DNA from: Octopus bimaculoides
Taxonomy: Eukaryota
Assembly: GCF_001194135.2 (NCBI RefSeq)
Contig: NC_068984.1
Location: forward strand, 66,534,314-66,598,313
Direction of reading: 5' to 3'
Length of the DNA: 64,000 nt
Below the pieces are notes generated by a model, which did no database searches, was not told where the DNA came from, and saw only the letters and a program-made list of their open reading frames with translations. A program made the position numbers and the translations under genes. Below, one piece after another: positions 13,530 to 26,867 of this stretch; position 1 is the stretch's first letter; each line of letters starts with the position of its first letter.

Positions 13530-13920
13530 GGAGGCGCAATGGCCCAGTGGTTAGGGCAGCGGACTCACGGTCATAGGATCGCAGTTTCGATTTCCAGACA
13601 AGGCGTTGTGAATGTTTATTGAGCGAAAACACCTAAAGCTCCACGAGGCTCCGGCAGGGGATGGTGGCGAACCCTGCTGTACTCTTCCACCACAACTTTC
13701 TCTCACTCTTACTTCCTGTTTCTGTTGTGCCTGTAATTCAAACGGTCAGCCTTGTCACACTGTATCACGCTGAATATCCCTGAGAACTATGTTAAGGGTA
13801 CACGTGTGTGTGGAGTGCTCAGCCACTTGCACATTAATTTCATGAGCAGGCTGTTCCGTTGATTGGATCAACTGGAACCCTCGACGTCGAAAGCAACAGA
13901 GTGCCAACAACAACAACAAA
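13530..13920 (+). mobile_element. tRNA-derived SINE type D, near intact
   Basis: A box TGGCCCAGTGG 13540-13550, B-box-like GTTTCGATTTCC 13584-13595, (CAA)n tail. 11-bp TSD atacaagcaat at 13516-13526 and 13921-13931. Confidence 0.88.
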
Positions 13921-14619
13921 ATACAAGCAATCAATCAGTTAGTTGATTAAATAATTAACAAATTGACTAATTATAAAGAAGTGAAATTAAACCAGTGCAT
14001 GCGTTTATTATTAATGTAGTGACCTTCCTAAAATACTACAGAATTTGTTTCAACACATGAATTCACATCAAGAACCTTGGAAGTGAAATACGAAAATGAA
14101 ATATTAAAATGACTAGTTTCTGGTACTTATATGACATTGTGGTTTAAGTATCTAATATAAAAGTTCTTGGTTTAAAATCGGATATTTTATACCCACAATC
14201 CAGTAAAACAACTTCTTGATCTCCAGATAAATCTTTGGCGGTTAGTAAGGATATTTATATGTATTCAAATTATTTGTTTAGAGTTTCAGCCAAATGACAT
14301 GCAATCTGCTGTCTAAAATATTATGTACTCCAGGCATAGATGTTCATATATTATTTATGTCAGTATACAAGATTTAAAATCAGTATATTTCGTTACTTGC
14401 ATAATTATCATATCTGTTAGTATAGTAACACAATTAACCAATAAGGGAACTTCTACATGGTTGCTTGAAATAGTAGCCAAAATAGCTAAATCCTCAATCC
14501 TCCTTAAATATAAAAGGGAAAGACATAGTAGATGGTGTGGTCATGGCTGGCATGCTCATTATAGGGTGACTCAAAGATAAAGAGCAACATAATTTTTTCA
14601 GTAGATAAATATAGTTAAT

Positions 14620-14845
14620 TTAACCCTTAAGCATTTAAACTGACCATATCAGGTCAAAATGTTCTATTTTTTTACATTCAAACCAACCAGATCCAGCCGC
14701 TTACGCTACCCTACAGTATCATTCTAAAAATAAACAAATCAAATTATTGAAATCTTGAAGCTACAAGACAATGCATGATTAATTCAAAACTGTATGAAAA
14801 ATAAGCATTCCAGTTGACAAAGTAATCTAAATGCTAAAGGGTTAA
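14620..14845 (+). mobile_element. TTAA-flanked piggyBac-type MITE, family P1, full length
   Basis: TTAA|CCCTTAAGCATTTA ... TAAATGCTAAAGGG|TTAA: CCC/GGG termini, ~14-bp TIR, TTAA on both sides. Confidence 0.75.
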
Positions 14846-15411
14846 AACCCATTCCTCCTATCTAAAGAGCTAGTTAGTAACCAAGAATATGAAATTCTAT
14901 TGTTATCTGATAAATGGTCTTGTTCCTAATATAACAAGTGTGTAAGTAGAAAATTGATGTTGTTACTTGTTGCAAGCAATGGCTACACATAATGATGAAG
15001 TGGAACATCTGGCAAGCTTATAGAGAACCAGAAATTTAGGTGTGAAAGATAGAGAAATACTTGACAATACTTTCATTTCTCTACTTATTGTATCCAAAGG
15101 TCAAATGTATTTATTCTTGTCCGTTGTCTATGTTTCACTCTCTCTACTTGATAATATTTATCAAGCAAAGATATATTTTCTTAATCTTTATAGAAAGTAA
15201 TCCATTGAGGAAAATGTCTGCTTTGAAATAAGAATGTGTGTGTCATTGTATTTGCAAATAACCTATGTATTTCTAGTGCTTTTGATAAATACATTTAACC
15301 CATTTCTTGAGGAGTCACTATCAAATTCTACTGAAGTTCCCTCAGCAAAGCTATTATGCATGCTTCCATGAACATCATGTACCTACATATATAATACATA
15401 CATACAACAAT

Positions 15412-15444
<33 letters not shown>

Positions 15445-15641
15445 ACAAACATTTATGGAGTTATTTCTTTCATATGCTTAAATAACTAATAAAATTTGTT
15501 TATAGCATGCATATAAATATTTTGCAAACTAGTACCCTGTCAGGCAAAACCTTATTAAAACACATGAGAGGAACAAAACATGTTTCTGACACATTTAAGC
15601 GGCTGCTTCAAACACAAATAACAAAAAGAATGTGTTATACA

Positions 15642-15676
<35 letters not shown>

Positions 15677-16761
15677 TAAAAAAACAACAACTATATATAA
15701 ATAAGTAGATAAAGGAGAAAAAAATTCAATTTCTTGTATGAAAAGCAAATTTAATTGAGTGAACTCAAAATACTTTTGAAAATATATTTATCAAAAAATA
15801 ATTCTATTTCATTTTGTCTCATGTTTTCAGTTTTCCTACAATGTACTGTTTATCTGTTCTTTTTAAACATACACGCAACACCTTTGAGCAATCTATTTAA
15901 GCAATTATTAATTGAATGGTTGCATGGTTGCATCTAAAGAAGTTTTCCCATCTTAGATTCTGTTGCTGCTTTGTTATTGATTCTCTTGTAATCTCTTTCT
16001 CTCTCTCTCTCTCTACCCACCCTTATAATAACATTTTTTTAAAGAAACCCAGCCCATTTGATCAAGGAAGATCAGAATGAAAAAAAAACAAAAATAATCA
16101 CCTCTTTGAAACTTTATCTGGTTAGTTATTTTTCTACTTAGATTAGATTTGTTATTATTATTTTAATTTTTTTTTTATCAAGGATATTACAAGCAATCAA
16201 CACCCATGTTACTATCAGAAACTCTTTCAATTCTTAGAACTGCTCCTAAATTCTGGATTGACTTTTGACTTTCTTTTCTTCCCCACTATCAAAGGTTTTG
16301 TATTTTTTTTAATGTTATAAACTAATTTCACATCACAGCATCATGTTTAATCACCATGTCCTAATACAAGATTTACGGAATCACTTTAAGTACACCAGTA
16401 TTGTATCTTGTATATAAGCAATCTGCACACCCTATTTCATTGTATTGGTCTAATTGGGAATGTTTACGAGCTCTTTCAGTTAAATCACTAAAATATATTA
16501 ATTTCTCTTTGTGCGCTTTCTTTCATGATATTCATCTTTTGTATTGATTTAATATCTATTTCTCCATGCTTAGAAGAGTTCTATGAATATATCTTCATAT
16601 TCATATATCAGATATAAAGAATTTTGAGAGTAACTAAGTAAACAGTACAAATTGTGTTTGTTGTAACATTACATAATACAAAGCAAGTTTAAATAATATT
16701 CCACTTCCTATGAATTTGTATGAAAAACAGAGCTATTTTGATTTATAATGAAAATTACTAT

Positions 16762-16919
16762 GATTGTGTGGTAAGAAGCTCGCTTCACAGTCACATAGTT
16801 TCAGGTTCAGTCCCACTGTGTAGCACCTTGCACGAGTGTCTTCTTCTATATTCTCAGGCTGACCAAAGCCATGTGAGTGGAATTGGTAGACAGAAGTTGA
16901 AAGAAGGCCATTGTATATA

Positions 16920-16981
<62 letters not shown>

Positions 16982-17170
16982 ACCACCACTTGACAACTGG
17001 TGTAGGTTTGTTTATGTCCCCATAACTTATTGGTTTGGCAAAAGATACCAATAGTACAATTAGCAGGTTTAGAAAATATGTGCTGGATATGAATTGTTCC
17101 ACTAAATTCTTCAATGGTGTGCTCCATTATGGCTACAGTGCAATGACCAAAACAAGTAAAAGATAATAAG
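16762..17170 (+). mobile_element. SINE type A, full length
   Basis: Same head, body and tail as the 55068 copy, with an internal (TG)30 tract. Confidence 0.82.
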
Positions 17171-18082
17171 AATCCGTTCTGTTGCATCAGGTTATCTATT
17201 AAACTGTATATTTGATTTAATTTGACATACTATATATATATATATATTACATAGTTTAAGGAAGATAAAGAATGATTGCAGCCTTTGCAGGTTTCCCAAA
17301 TTGCTTTGGTCAGTACTGTTTGTGTTTAAATTAAGCATGTATATCTTGTTGTCAGAAAGGCAAAAATGGGTAGGTTTCTGTTCTGTGATAGAATTGGATA
17401 AAGTCTGGCTCACAAAACGAGAGAAAACCTCAAAAGTCTGTGTTATGTTGCATGCATTTGTATGCATGTGGGCATGTAAACTTTGAAAGTAGAATACCTC
17501 GTTTATGCTTGTTTAATTTTCTTTGGTATGCACCTATACTAAAACTACAATAAATTCTCAGAATTTAGCTTCAATGTGTTTCCTTTTGGAATATGATTAT
17601 TTCATAGTTATTCAATTCAGTGTGTGTGTATGTATATGTATATATATCCCTCTCTCTCTTTCTCTCTCTTTGGGAGAGAGGCACATGCACATACACAGAC
17701 ATATACACACGCGGCAGTAACTTCCGCCTACCAAATTCAATCACAAAGCTTCGGTCGCTAATAAGATACCACTTATGTGCTTAAATGTACAGTGTTTATA
17801 TATATATATATATATATATNNNNNNNNNNNNNNNNNNNNNNNNNNNNNNNNNNNNNNNNNNNNNNNNNNNNNNNNNNNNNNNNNNNNNNNNNNNNNNNNN
17901 NNNNNNNNNNNNNNNNNNNNNNNNNNNNNNNNNNNNNNNNNNNNNNNNNNNNNNNNNNNNNNNNNNNNNNNNNNNNNNNNNNNNNNNNNNNNNNNNNNNN
18001 NNNNNNNNNNNNNNNNNNNNNNNNNNNNNNNNNNNNNNNNNNNNNNNNNNNNNNNNNNNNNNNNNNNNNNNNNNNNNNNNNN

Positions 18083-18150
<68 letters not shown>

Positions 18151-18781
18151 GTATATATATCATCATCATCATATATATATAATGACATGCTTCTTTCAGT
18201 CTCCGTTTACCAAATCCACTCACAAGACTTTGATTGGCTCAAGAGTGTAGTAGAAGAGGCTACAGTGGGACTGAACCCAGAGCCATATGACTGGCAAGCA
18301 ATCTTCTTGCCACACAGCCAATGTTCTCTTGTGGATTCATTGCAGTTAAGCATCTACTTGCACTCAGAACCTCCTATGCAAAGGCTCCAAATGAGCAAAA
18401 CAGCAAAACATACATGGGAAACAAATGGTATGAATTTGTGTTTATCGTGATTTCTCCTACATTTACTCTATAAACATCATAACTAGTAATACTACTAAGT
18501 ATAGTAACAACCAAACCACTTTACAGACTGGATGAAGATAATCTATGTAGAGCTCTAAACAGTAGCAGTTATACTTCTGACTGTACAACACAAGATATAT
18601 ATATACGCACTCATGCTGGTGACACCCAGTACACTCTGTAGAGTGGTTGGCATTAGGAAGGGCATCCAGTTGTAGAAGCAAGCCAAAATAGACTGGTGTA
18701 GCTCTCTAGCTTACCAGCTCCAGTCAAGCTGTCTAACCAATGCCAGCATGAAAAACAGATGTTACACACACACACGCACAT

Positions 18782-18999
18782 TAATGGGTGGTGTAAAGTT
18801 CCTGGCTTTGGGTAAAAGAAAATACAGTGGGGTCAGTTAATTATGATTTTATTCAACATACCCCACTCTCAGATTCACAGACTTACTGCAGTGGTCCTTC
18901 AGTTTTTCTAAGCTTTGTAACAGAACTGAGAAGATTGGGCTTCCAATCAAGCCTTCTATGAAACCCTTAAAGCCAGGAACTTTTCAGCACCTCCTTGTA
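18782..18999 (-). mobile_element. mariner-derived MITE (~215 bp) retaining the transposase C-terminus
   Basis: Perfect 15-bp inverted core aaagttcctggcttt (~18795) / aaagccaggaacttt (~18969). The right end reads TACAAGGAGGTGCTGAAAAG on the minus strand. The internal minus strand encodes LEKLKDHCSKSVNLRVGYVE*, matching the mariner C-terminal ...W/C-x-K-C-x3-G-x-YVE* motif. Confidence 0.8.
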
Positions 19000-19013
19000 C
19001 GTGAGTCTGTGTG

Positions 19014-19057
<44 letters not shown>

Positions 19058-19784
19058 TTATGTGTGTATGTATATTTGTGAGGTGTGGACAAATAAAATT
19101 GGTGCATCAAACAAAAATATTGTATGTTAAACACCAAAGTATTTTAGATTGTTGTAATTGATTAAAATGTTTCAGCACAATGTGTACATACATACTTTGA
19201 TAAAACATTTCTCGCCATTTCTATTTATATACATCGAATATTGAATTTTTATTATGATTACTTATTCTATCATTAAACTTGAAAAGACCTCGATCACTTC
19301 AAAAGTACACCTTAACTCTTACAGGCCAATGCATGAGCCTCTACGTGGTCATTTGATTTGCTAGAAATAGCAGTGAAATCCCCTTAAATAACACTGCCAT
19401 CTTGATAAAGATAAAGGAACACATTGGATAATGTTTTCCTGGGTTCTTACTAACAACAAAATAGATGTGATTGATCTGCTCAACCAGACAGCGATGAACT
19501 ATGGTTAAACAAAAGTAACAAGCTTAGACTCTTATATTTATATATTCATTTAATGCATAAAGAAAACTAAATTTGTATACACACATCAAAACTTCAAAAT
19601 ATTCGCCATACATCAAATAAATTAATTATTTAGCAGACTTTTAACACAATATATTGTTACAACAAAAACTTGTATAAATGCATAAATATTTTATGTATTT
19701 TGCAAATGATTGTCTTTATAGATTGGTTTTAACTTTTAAAATATGTCTTACCATTTTGAATTTAATCTATCAACAAACAAACCT

Positions 19785-19818
<34 letters not shown>

Positions 19819-19924
19819 TTTGCAGTAATTTTTAGTGTGACTGTGAATCTACATTACGTGTGTACCTGTAAATTTGTGCATAAACATCACTATGTTATTT
19901 TCTTGTAGGTTCTTGTCAGCATAT

Positions 19925-19940
19925 AATAATAATGGTGATG

Positions 19941-19971
<31 letters not shown>

Positions 19972-20044
19972 GGATGATGATGATGATGATGATAATGATA
20001 ATAATAATAATAATAATAATAATATTAATAATAATAATAATAAT
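19925..20044. repeat. compound (GAT)n(AAT)n microsatellite
   Basis: Directly visible. Confidence 0.95.
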
Positions 20045-20164
20045 GTGTGTGGGTGTATGTTTAAAGTGTATGAATGACTATTTTACTTTGTGTTTCTAGT
20101 TTTGATAAAATATTATGGTTCAGGAATTTCCATTCTGTAAGGTAATTTTACCAGCATTGGTTTT

Positions 20165-20201
<37 letters not shown>

Positions 20202-20270
20202 ATGTGTGTGTGTGTGTGTGTGTGTATTTATATACATGTTGGCTGGTATTTTGTTCTGAAATGTATACTT

Positions 20271-20311
<41 letters not shown>

Positions 20312-20351
20312 TATGTGAAAGCTTGTGTTTAAAATGTAAAAATTAACTTAC

Positions 20352-20503
20352 AGTTTTATTCTTTAGCAATATTTGGGTTCCTTCTGCTACATTCTTCAGT
20401 TCAGTTTCACTTCCAGTGCTAAGGCCATGCTTGAGCATTGCTCTACCTTTATGGAATGTGTGTCTCCTATGTCGTTCAATGACTTTGTTTATATGTGAGT
20501 TTA
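20352..20503 (-). CDS. candidate internal exon, unidentified protein
   Basis: gttttag|..NSHINKVIERHRRHTFHKGRAMLKHGLSTGSETELKNVAEGTQILLKNKT|gtaagt, 50 open codons with a consensus donor. The plus strand also has open frames with a gtgagt donor at 20495, so the strand is uncertain. Confidence 0.38.
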
Positions 20504-20547
20504 CTAAAACCTATGCTTTGTATGAAGTTTTATTGAATTTAACGTTT

Positions 20548-20792
20548 CTAACCCTTTTGATACCAACCTGCCTGAGACCACCACAGGTTTTTTGATGCAA
20601 ACTTTATGTTTTAAAGTGATCTAAATTGAAACTTTACATCAAAATTTCATATTAATTTATGCTAATCATATTAATTTCCAAACACCATTTTATTGAGGAC
20701 AAAGTTATTTTACTTTATTCTTCATTATTCTCAAAATAAGTTGAAACGAATGCAGTGTTTTTAACAGAAATTTGGTAACAAAAAGAATTTAA
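20548..20792 (+). mobile_element. piggyBac-type MITE family P2
   Basis: Starts ctaa|CCCTTTTGATACCAAC and ends GGTAACAAAAAGAATTTAA (degenerate right TIR). Homologous copies at ~6403-6620 (+), ~54915-55500 (+, split by a SINE) and ~63205-63430 (-). Confidence 0.6.
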
Positions 20793-21268
20793 ATCATCCT
20801 TCATTTGTAGCTTATATTTGTGAGATCCAATGTGTGCGCGCATGTATGTGTGTGTGTGTGTTGTGTTGTATTGCACTGCACTGTGCTGCATTGCATTATG
20901 TTGTGCTGCACTGAATTGCATTGCATTGTGTTGTGTTGTGTTGCCTTGTGTTGTGTTTGTTGTTATTTAGCCACAGGTTATACCTGGTCAGACAGACTTC
21001 TGATCAAAGACATTCTAGTTATAACCATCTTATATCAGACATCATATATCCATGTCTGACATTACATTTTCCAGTATGTCCTTTTGTTGTTTTTTTACAA
21101 GATGATAGTGTGTAAATTGAAGGTCATGTAGCACTTATTTCTAAAAGGTCAACAAACCATTTAGAAATTCCCTTTAACAATGATGGGGATGGTTGCTTAT
21201 AACTATCATGCAATGTCAAAACAACACATATACTCACACACTCACACAGACACAGAGATGCACACACA

Positions 21269-21316
<48 letters not shown>

Positions 21317-21825
21317 GCAGGTTGCTTTCAATTTCTACCTCCAAAATCAGTTCGCAGGCCTTGGTTGGCTTAGAGTTATAGCAGAAGATATTAATCCAAG
21401 GAATCACACGGTGGGACTGAACCAAGAACCATAAGGCTTGGAAGTGAACTTCTTAACATGTCCAATTTTTTATACTTCTGCTTATTTATACCTATAAAAA
21501 CATGGCTAATTATCCATAGTTGCTTTCATTTAATTTTAATTTTAATTTGTTGGATAGATTTCTTTACAAAATAGTTTAATATCTGAAATTATTAATTTGA
21601 TTGTCTATTCTTGTTAATTTCTTAATTTTAATAATTTAGTCAGTGAGATGGAGCTGTGCTGATTATCTTTGTTGGCCATCTGGGACTGGTGAAACTGATA
21701 CTGCAATGTTCATCTGAAAAAATTACAAAACAATGACTGCGTAACAGACTTTGGCCAGGAGAAAATTCCTGAAGGGGAGATATTCTGCAGAAGAAGGATT
21801 TGGGTGAAACAAATTTAATTTATCT

Positions 21826-22013
21826 ATCTTTTACTTGTTTCAGTCATTGAACTGTGGCCATAATGGAGCCTCAGTACGTATTGTATTTCAAGTTTGGTAC
21901 TTATTTTATCATTCTCTTCCACTGAACTGCTAAGTTATTGAGATATAAACAAACCGCTACTATTTGTCAAGTAGTAGTGGGGGAAAAATACAGACACAAA
22001 AGCAAAAACAAAT

Positions 22014-22048
<35 letters not shown>

Positions 22049-22240
22049 CACACGCACACACACACACACACATACACACACATATGACAAACTTCTTTCA
22101 GTTTAGTTTCCATCTAGCAAATTCCCACACAAGGCTTTGGTCAGCCTGAGGGTATAGTAGAAGATACTTCCCCAAGGTGCAACACAGTAGGACTGAACCA
22201 AGGATCATATGGTTGGGAAGTGAACTTTTTACCACACAGC
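21826..22240 (-). mobile_element. SINE type A, old CpG-depleted copy
   Basis: Full type A layout on the minus strand with an internal (CA)n tract. Confidence 0.8.
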
Positions 22241-22321
22241 ATATCTAATATATAATCAAAAATTTAGTGTTTATTATTATGATAATTTTACTGAAACTTG
22301 ACTTGTCATATTTATTTGTTG

Positions 22322-22363
<42 letters not shown>

Positions 22364-23849
22364 TATTTTTGTTAGTCTATAATGTTATATTCTTATTTAT
22401 TGCTATTTATTTATTAGTCTTGTTCATATTATCCTTTCATGAAAACAGAATTCTACAATTCCTTTAATTTTGATCTCATGAGATTTTTTTGGTATTATGT
22501 TTCATGAAATTCTAACCTTTTCTTCATATCCTTAACCTGAGGTTTAAATATAAATTATCTAATAATTTTATAACTATGTTTATTTTGTCAATAATTCAGT
22601 CTCTATTTACTTTAGAGAAATATTTGCTTTCGGTTTAATTGTGGTAGATCTTTGGTTGTAGACTTCAGCTGTTTCCTGGTTTTGGTCAAATGCATTGTTC
22701 TTGTTCCTTTGACTAAGCAATAAAGACCAAATTAACAAGGGCAGCTGGAACAAAGCAGATGAGGTTTGATTCCTATTGTAATACCTGTTTCTGTTTTTTC
22801 AATGAACAAAGACCAATATGGCAATATGATTGAAAAGTTTGCTGTGAAGCCAAGTGGTTCCAGATTTGATTTCACTGCATGGTACCTTCTATAAGTATCT
22901 CCTGCTGCATATCCTCAAGTAAACAAAAGGTTGCTGAGTGACATGCAGTAGTAGGAAGCCTGTCATGTATGTGCATGTATACACACACACACTTGTTTCT
23001 GTCATTGGACTATGGCCATGCTGGAGCACCACCTTGAAGGGTTTTAGTGAAAAAAATTGACCCCAGGGCTTATTTTTTAAAGCCTAGTACTTATATCAGT
23101 CTCATTAAACACACCAACACCAGTTGTTAAACAGTCATGGGGGGGGGGGAACAGACACAGACACAAAGTCACACACACATAAACATGCATATATTATATA
23201 TATATATATATTTATATGCACACATACACAAATGCACACACACACATACACACACACACATATTTATATATGTAATAAATTCATAATTATGATAGAGGGT
23301 ACATGAAGCACAGGCTTGCTAGAGAGTGGAGTCAAAACCCCAAACTTATCCACCAATCTCATTGAAAATATGGAATGGATCAACAGAAATCAAGCAAACA
23401 AGTAGAATTTGACATACCATCTCAGCTAAAATGCTGTAGAATGATGTAACAGATATACCTGAATCATGATGTCAAATTTTTGCTAGTGCCTTAATTCTCA
23501 TATATATATATAGTATTAATAAAATAGGTGGAAAAAAAGATTTTATTTAGTACGACACATGTTTCAACCCATTCTGGGTCCCTTCGGGCACATAAATAAA
23601 TAAAAAGATAAAAATTCTCACTAGAGATTCAGTTTTACATATCTCTAAGTGTCTATTAACTTTGTGAATGAGTAAAAATCAGAGAAAAGTTGAAATGTGG
23701 AAAGTTCCTGTCTTTCTACTGTTTAATCTATTTTCATTGGCATGTTAAATTATGCTAGTTTGAATTGATAAAATTGACTAGCCTCTTCCCACCAAATTTC
23801 AAGCCTATAAGCACACTATAGTAGTAAGGATTATTATTATTATTATAAA

Positions 23850-24372
23850 GGTGGCAAACTGGCAGAATCAGTAGCATGCTGGGCAAAATGCTTAGTGGCA
23901 TTTCGTCCATCTTTATGTTCTGAGTTCAAAATTCCTCCAAGGTTGACTTTACCTTTCATCCTTCTGGGGTTGATAAAATAAGTACCTGTACACTGGGTTT
24001 GATATAATCAACTTATCCCCTTTCTGATTTTGCTCACCTTATGGCAAAATTTGAAATCATTATTTTATGCTAATTTAAGGTAGCGAGCTGGCAGAATTGT
24101 TAGAACTTTGGAAAAACGTTTTGTAGTATTTCTTCTGAGTTATTACATTCTGAGTTCTAATCCTGCCAAGATCAGCTTTGCCTTTCATCCTTTCAGGGTC
24201 GATAAAATAAAGTACCAGTCAAGCACTGGTGTTGATGAAAAATTTCCCCTAGAATTGCTGGCCTTGTGCCAAAATTCGAAACTATTGTAAGATGGTGAGC
24301 TGGTGGAATTGCTATCACACAAAACAAAATGTATAGCAGCATTTCTTATTGATTCACATCCTAAGTTTAAAT
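23850..24372 (+). mobile_element. tRNA-headed SINE type C, three head-to-tail copies
   Basis: Units at ~23850-24060, 24079-24284 and 24290-24372 (partial), each ctggcagaat...gagttcaaa...ctttgcctttcatcctt...gataaaataagtacc. Other copies at ~8700-8880, 27788-27930, 28050-28255 (+) and 29390-29600, 52750-52920, 53040-53200, 53555-53695, 62790-62990 (-). Confidence 0.8.
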
Positions 24373-25951
24373 GTTAAAAGCTTGTTTAAGAATAAGTAAA
24401 CTTTGTGCTGACTGGGTCTCTAAATTTTACCTAACAGCTTATTCAGTTGGTTGAATAGATGTATGTTTGGCCTTGGGCATGTATTGCTAGTCGTATTACA
24501 TGAACTAGCAAATTTTTCAGATGGTCACCAGGTACTTTACAATCTCAGTTAGCCATTCTTTCTAGAGTGTGTGAATGTTGCTTAATTAAAAAATTTTAAA
24601 AGCAACTTCACTTTTAATTATCAATTGTAACTCATAATTTTTTAAAAAATTAATAATATTAATAATTAATAAAAAAAAATACTTCATTGATTTTTATGTG
24701 AAATTTTACTAGGATCCAGAGCATATGTTACTTGTAATGATTTGACATCAGTGATTTTTAAACTGTGCAGGTCTTAATTATCCATACTGGCCAGAATAAA
24801 TTAAGAAAAATTACCAGAAATAAGGAATTTGAGTCAATTAAATTTCAATATGAATTTATTGATGTTCATGCTCACAAAATATTCCTATGGGCATAGATTA
24901 CATTGGCAAGTCCTTTTTCCCTTTATTCCTACACAATACAGTAAACTCAGATTAGAATAAGAAAATATGGAGGAAACATCAAATAAAAAGACCCTTGAAG
25001 GTAATTTGGCAGCTTAAATGGCTTTCTTATGAAATATTACTAATTCTTCAGGGTCATCTAACAATGATTTAACAGTTCAAAGATAATTTCACTAGAATAA
25101 TGAAATTGTATTTTAGATCAAAGTTGTGTTCAAATAAACTGCTAAACACACTTCAAACACTGCTTTTATTCATTTTCTATTGGTATATAAATCAGTTTAT
25201 TCAAGAGAGAACATTGACTCAACTCAAAAATACGGAATGTAAAACAAATTATGAAATTTGCTCTTTAATTTGATCATAAACACATTTAACATATTTATCT
25301 GATGTAAATGCCATTTTTTTTTTTTGCTTTATTATTTTGTTACATCTTCTGGATGTAATTTTTATAAGAAATTTTTCCTTTAAATGTAAATGATTTTGTG
25401 AAAGCCTCAAAGCCCCAACATATCTAAATATTTCATTTATCAGAAAATAACTTACAGTTTCAGTTAATGCAGTTAATGTAGCCTTGTTTGTAAGACAGTG
25501 GATTAATATACAAATAATAAGTGAGTATTTCATATAATTTACTCAAAGTGTCTTATGAGGATAAAAACTACACTTGTTAGAGACAATAAATTGGATTTAA
25601 AATACCTTTGTGATTCATTGTCAGTGCATTATCATTCAGTAATTATCTTTATTTATTTATTATTTACATATTGAAAGACATTTTTCTAATATTTACAACT
25701 GTATCTATCACTGTACAACACTCTTGGGAGTAAATTTTAAAGATGCTGATGTGAATAGGTATTGTAGATCAATCTATTTCAATATACAATAGATACAAAG
25801 TAGTCATTATCTTCTGAGCTTTATTACATTTCCAAATATCTATTATCTCAATAATACCACTTAATAAGCATATGTAGTCATTAGTCAACCATTCACTAAG
25901 CTACGCATACAAAGGCATACACACAACGTGTATACACACACACTCTCTCCC

Positions 25952-26037
<86 letters not shown>

Positions 26038-26689
26038 GAAAGGCTAGTTATGAACTAGAAGGCATTCTTATTCACATTTGAAAACTTCATGCAGAGTGAA
26101 ATATATGCCCATCTGTAATGAATCATTTTAATGTAATGCAATACAAGTTTGTTTTTTCCTCTGCATGAGTGTGTGTATATGTGCATGTAATGTATGTATT
26201 GCTCAAGTATGCAATAGTTGGTATTCAGAATATATTATTCGGTTATTCTAGTTGAAAATTAAAGCAGATGCTAACTCTTTAAAATACCAAAATATATAAA
26301 CTACTTTGATTACACTTGTTACATGATGGCATGGCATGGCATCACCAATTTCAAACTGACACTTTGAAATGAACTTTTAAGTTTAGATTGTGCTATAAGA
26401 CATCATTACCATTTTCTACTTTTTTTTTTTTGGCCAGTATTGAACTAAATTTCAAACTTAGTCTCATTTGATATCAATTAGCAGCTCAGAATAAATATGA
26501 ACCACGAAGTGTAGAGAGCGGTTCTGATATTAATTAAGGTACTGTCATTAATCTAGAGAAAAGGAGAAAATGCTGTCTGTGTGTCTCAAGCAGAGGAAGT
26601 GCTAATGAGAGAGAGAGAGAGAGATTTTAAAAGTTGATGTTTGAAGTCTCATTTAAATTTTCTGTCAGTGTGTATGTTTACATAGTGTT

Positions 26690-26782
26690 TTATGTATGTA
26701 TGTATGTACGTATGTATGTATTTCTGTATGTATGTATGTATGTATGTATGTATGTCTGCATGCATGTATGCATGTATATATG

Positions 26783-26866
<84 letters not shown>
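26690..26866. repeat. (TATG)n then long (TA)n microsatellite
   Basis: Directly visible. Similar dinucleotide tracts at 677-736, 3690-3755, 16922-16980, 25955-26035, 44962-45030 and 63945-64000, and (TATC)n at 35610-35755. Confidence 0.95.

Positions 26867-26867
<1 letters not shown>

Noticed and set aside
13530-13600. tRNA gene
   Set aside because: It is a tRNA-like SINE head with no complete cloverleaf or acceptor stem, continuing into a SINE body with a TSD. The same applies to 42180-42249.
25452-25533. Signal-peptide-like MKYSLIICILIHCLTNKATLTALTET before a GTAAGT donor (minus strand)
   Set aside because: Hydrophobic stretches are common in AT-rich frames, and there is no good acceptor or promoter evidence.
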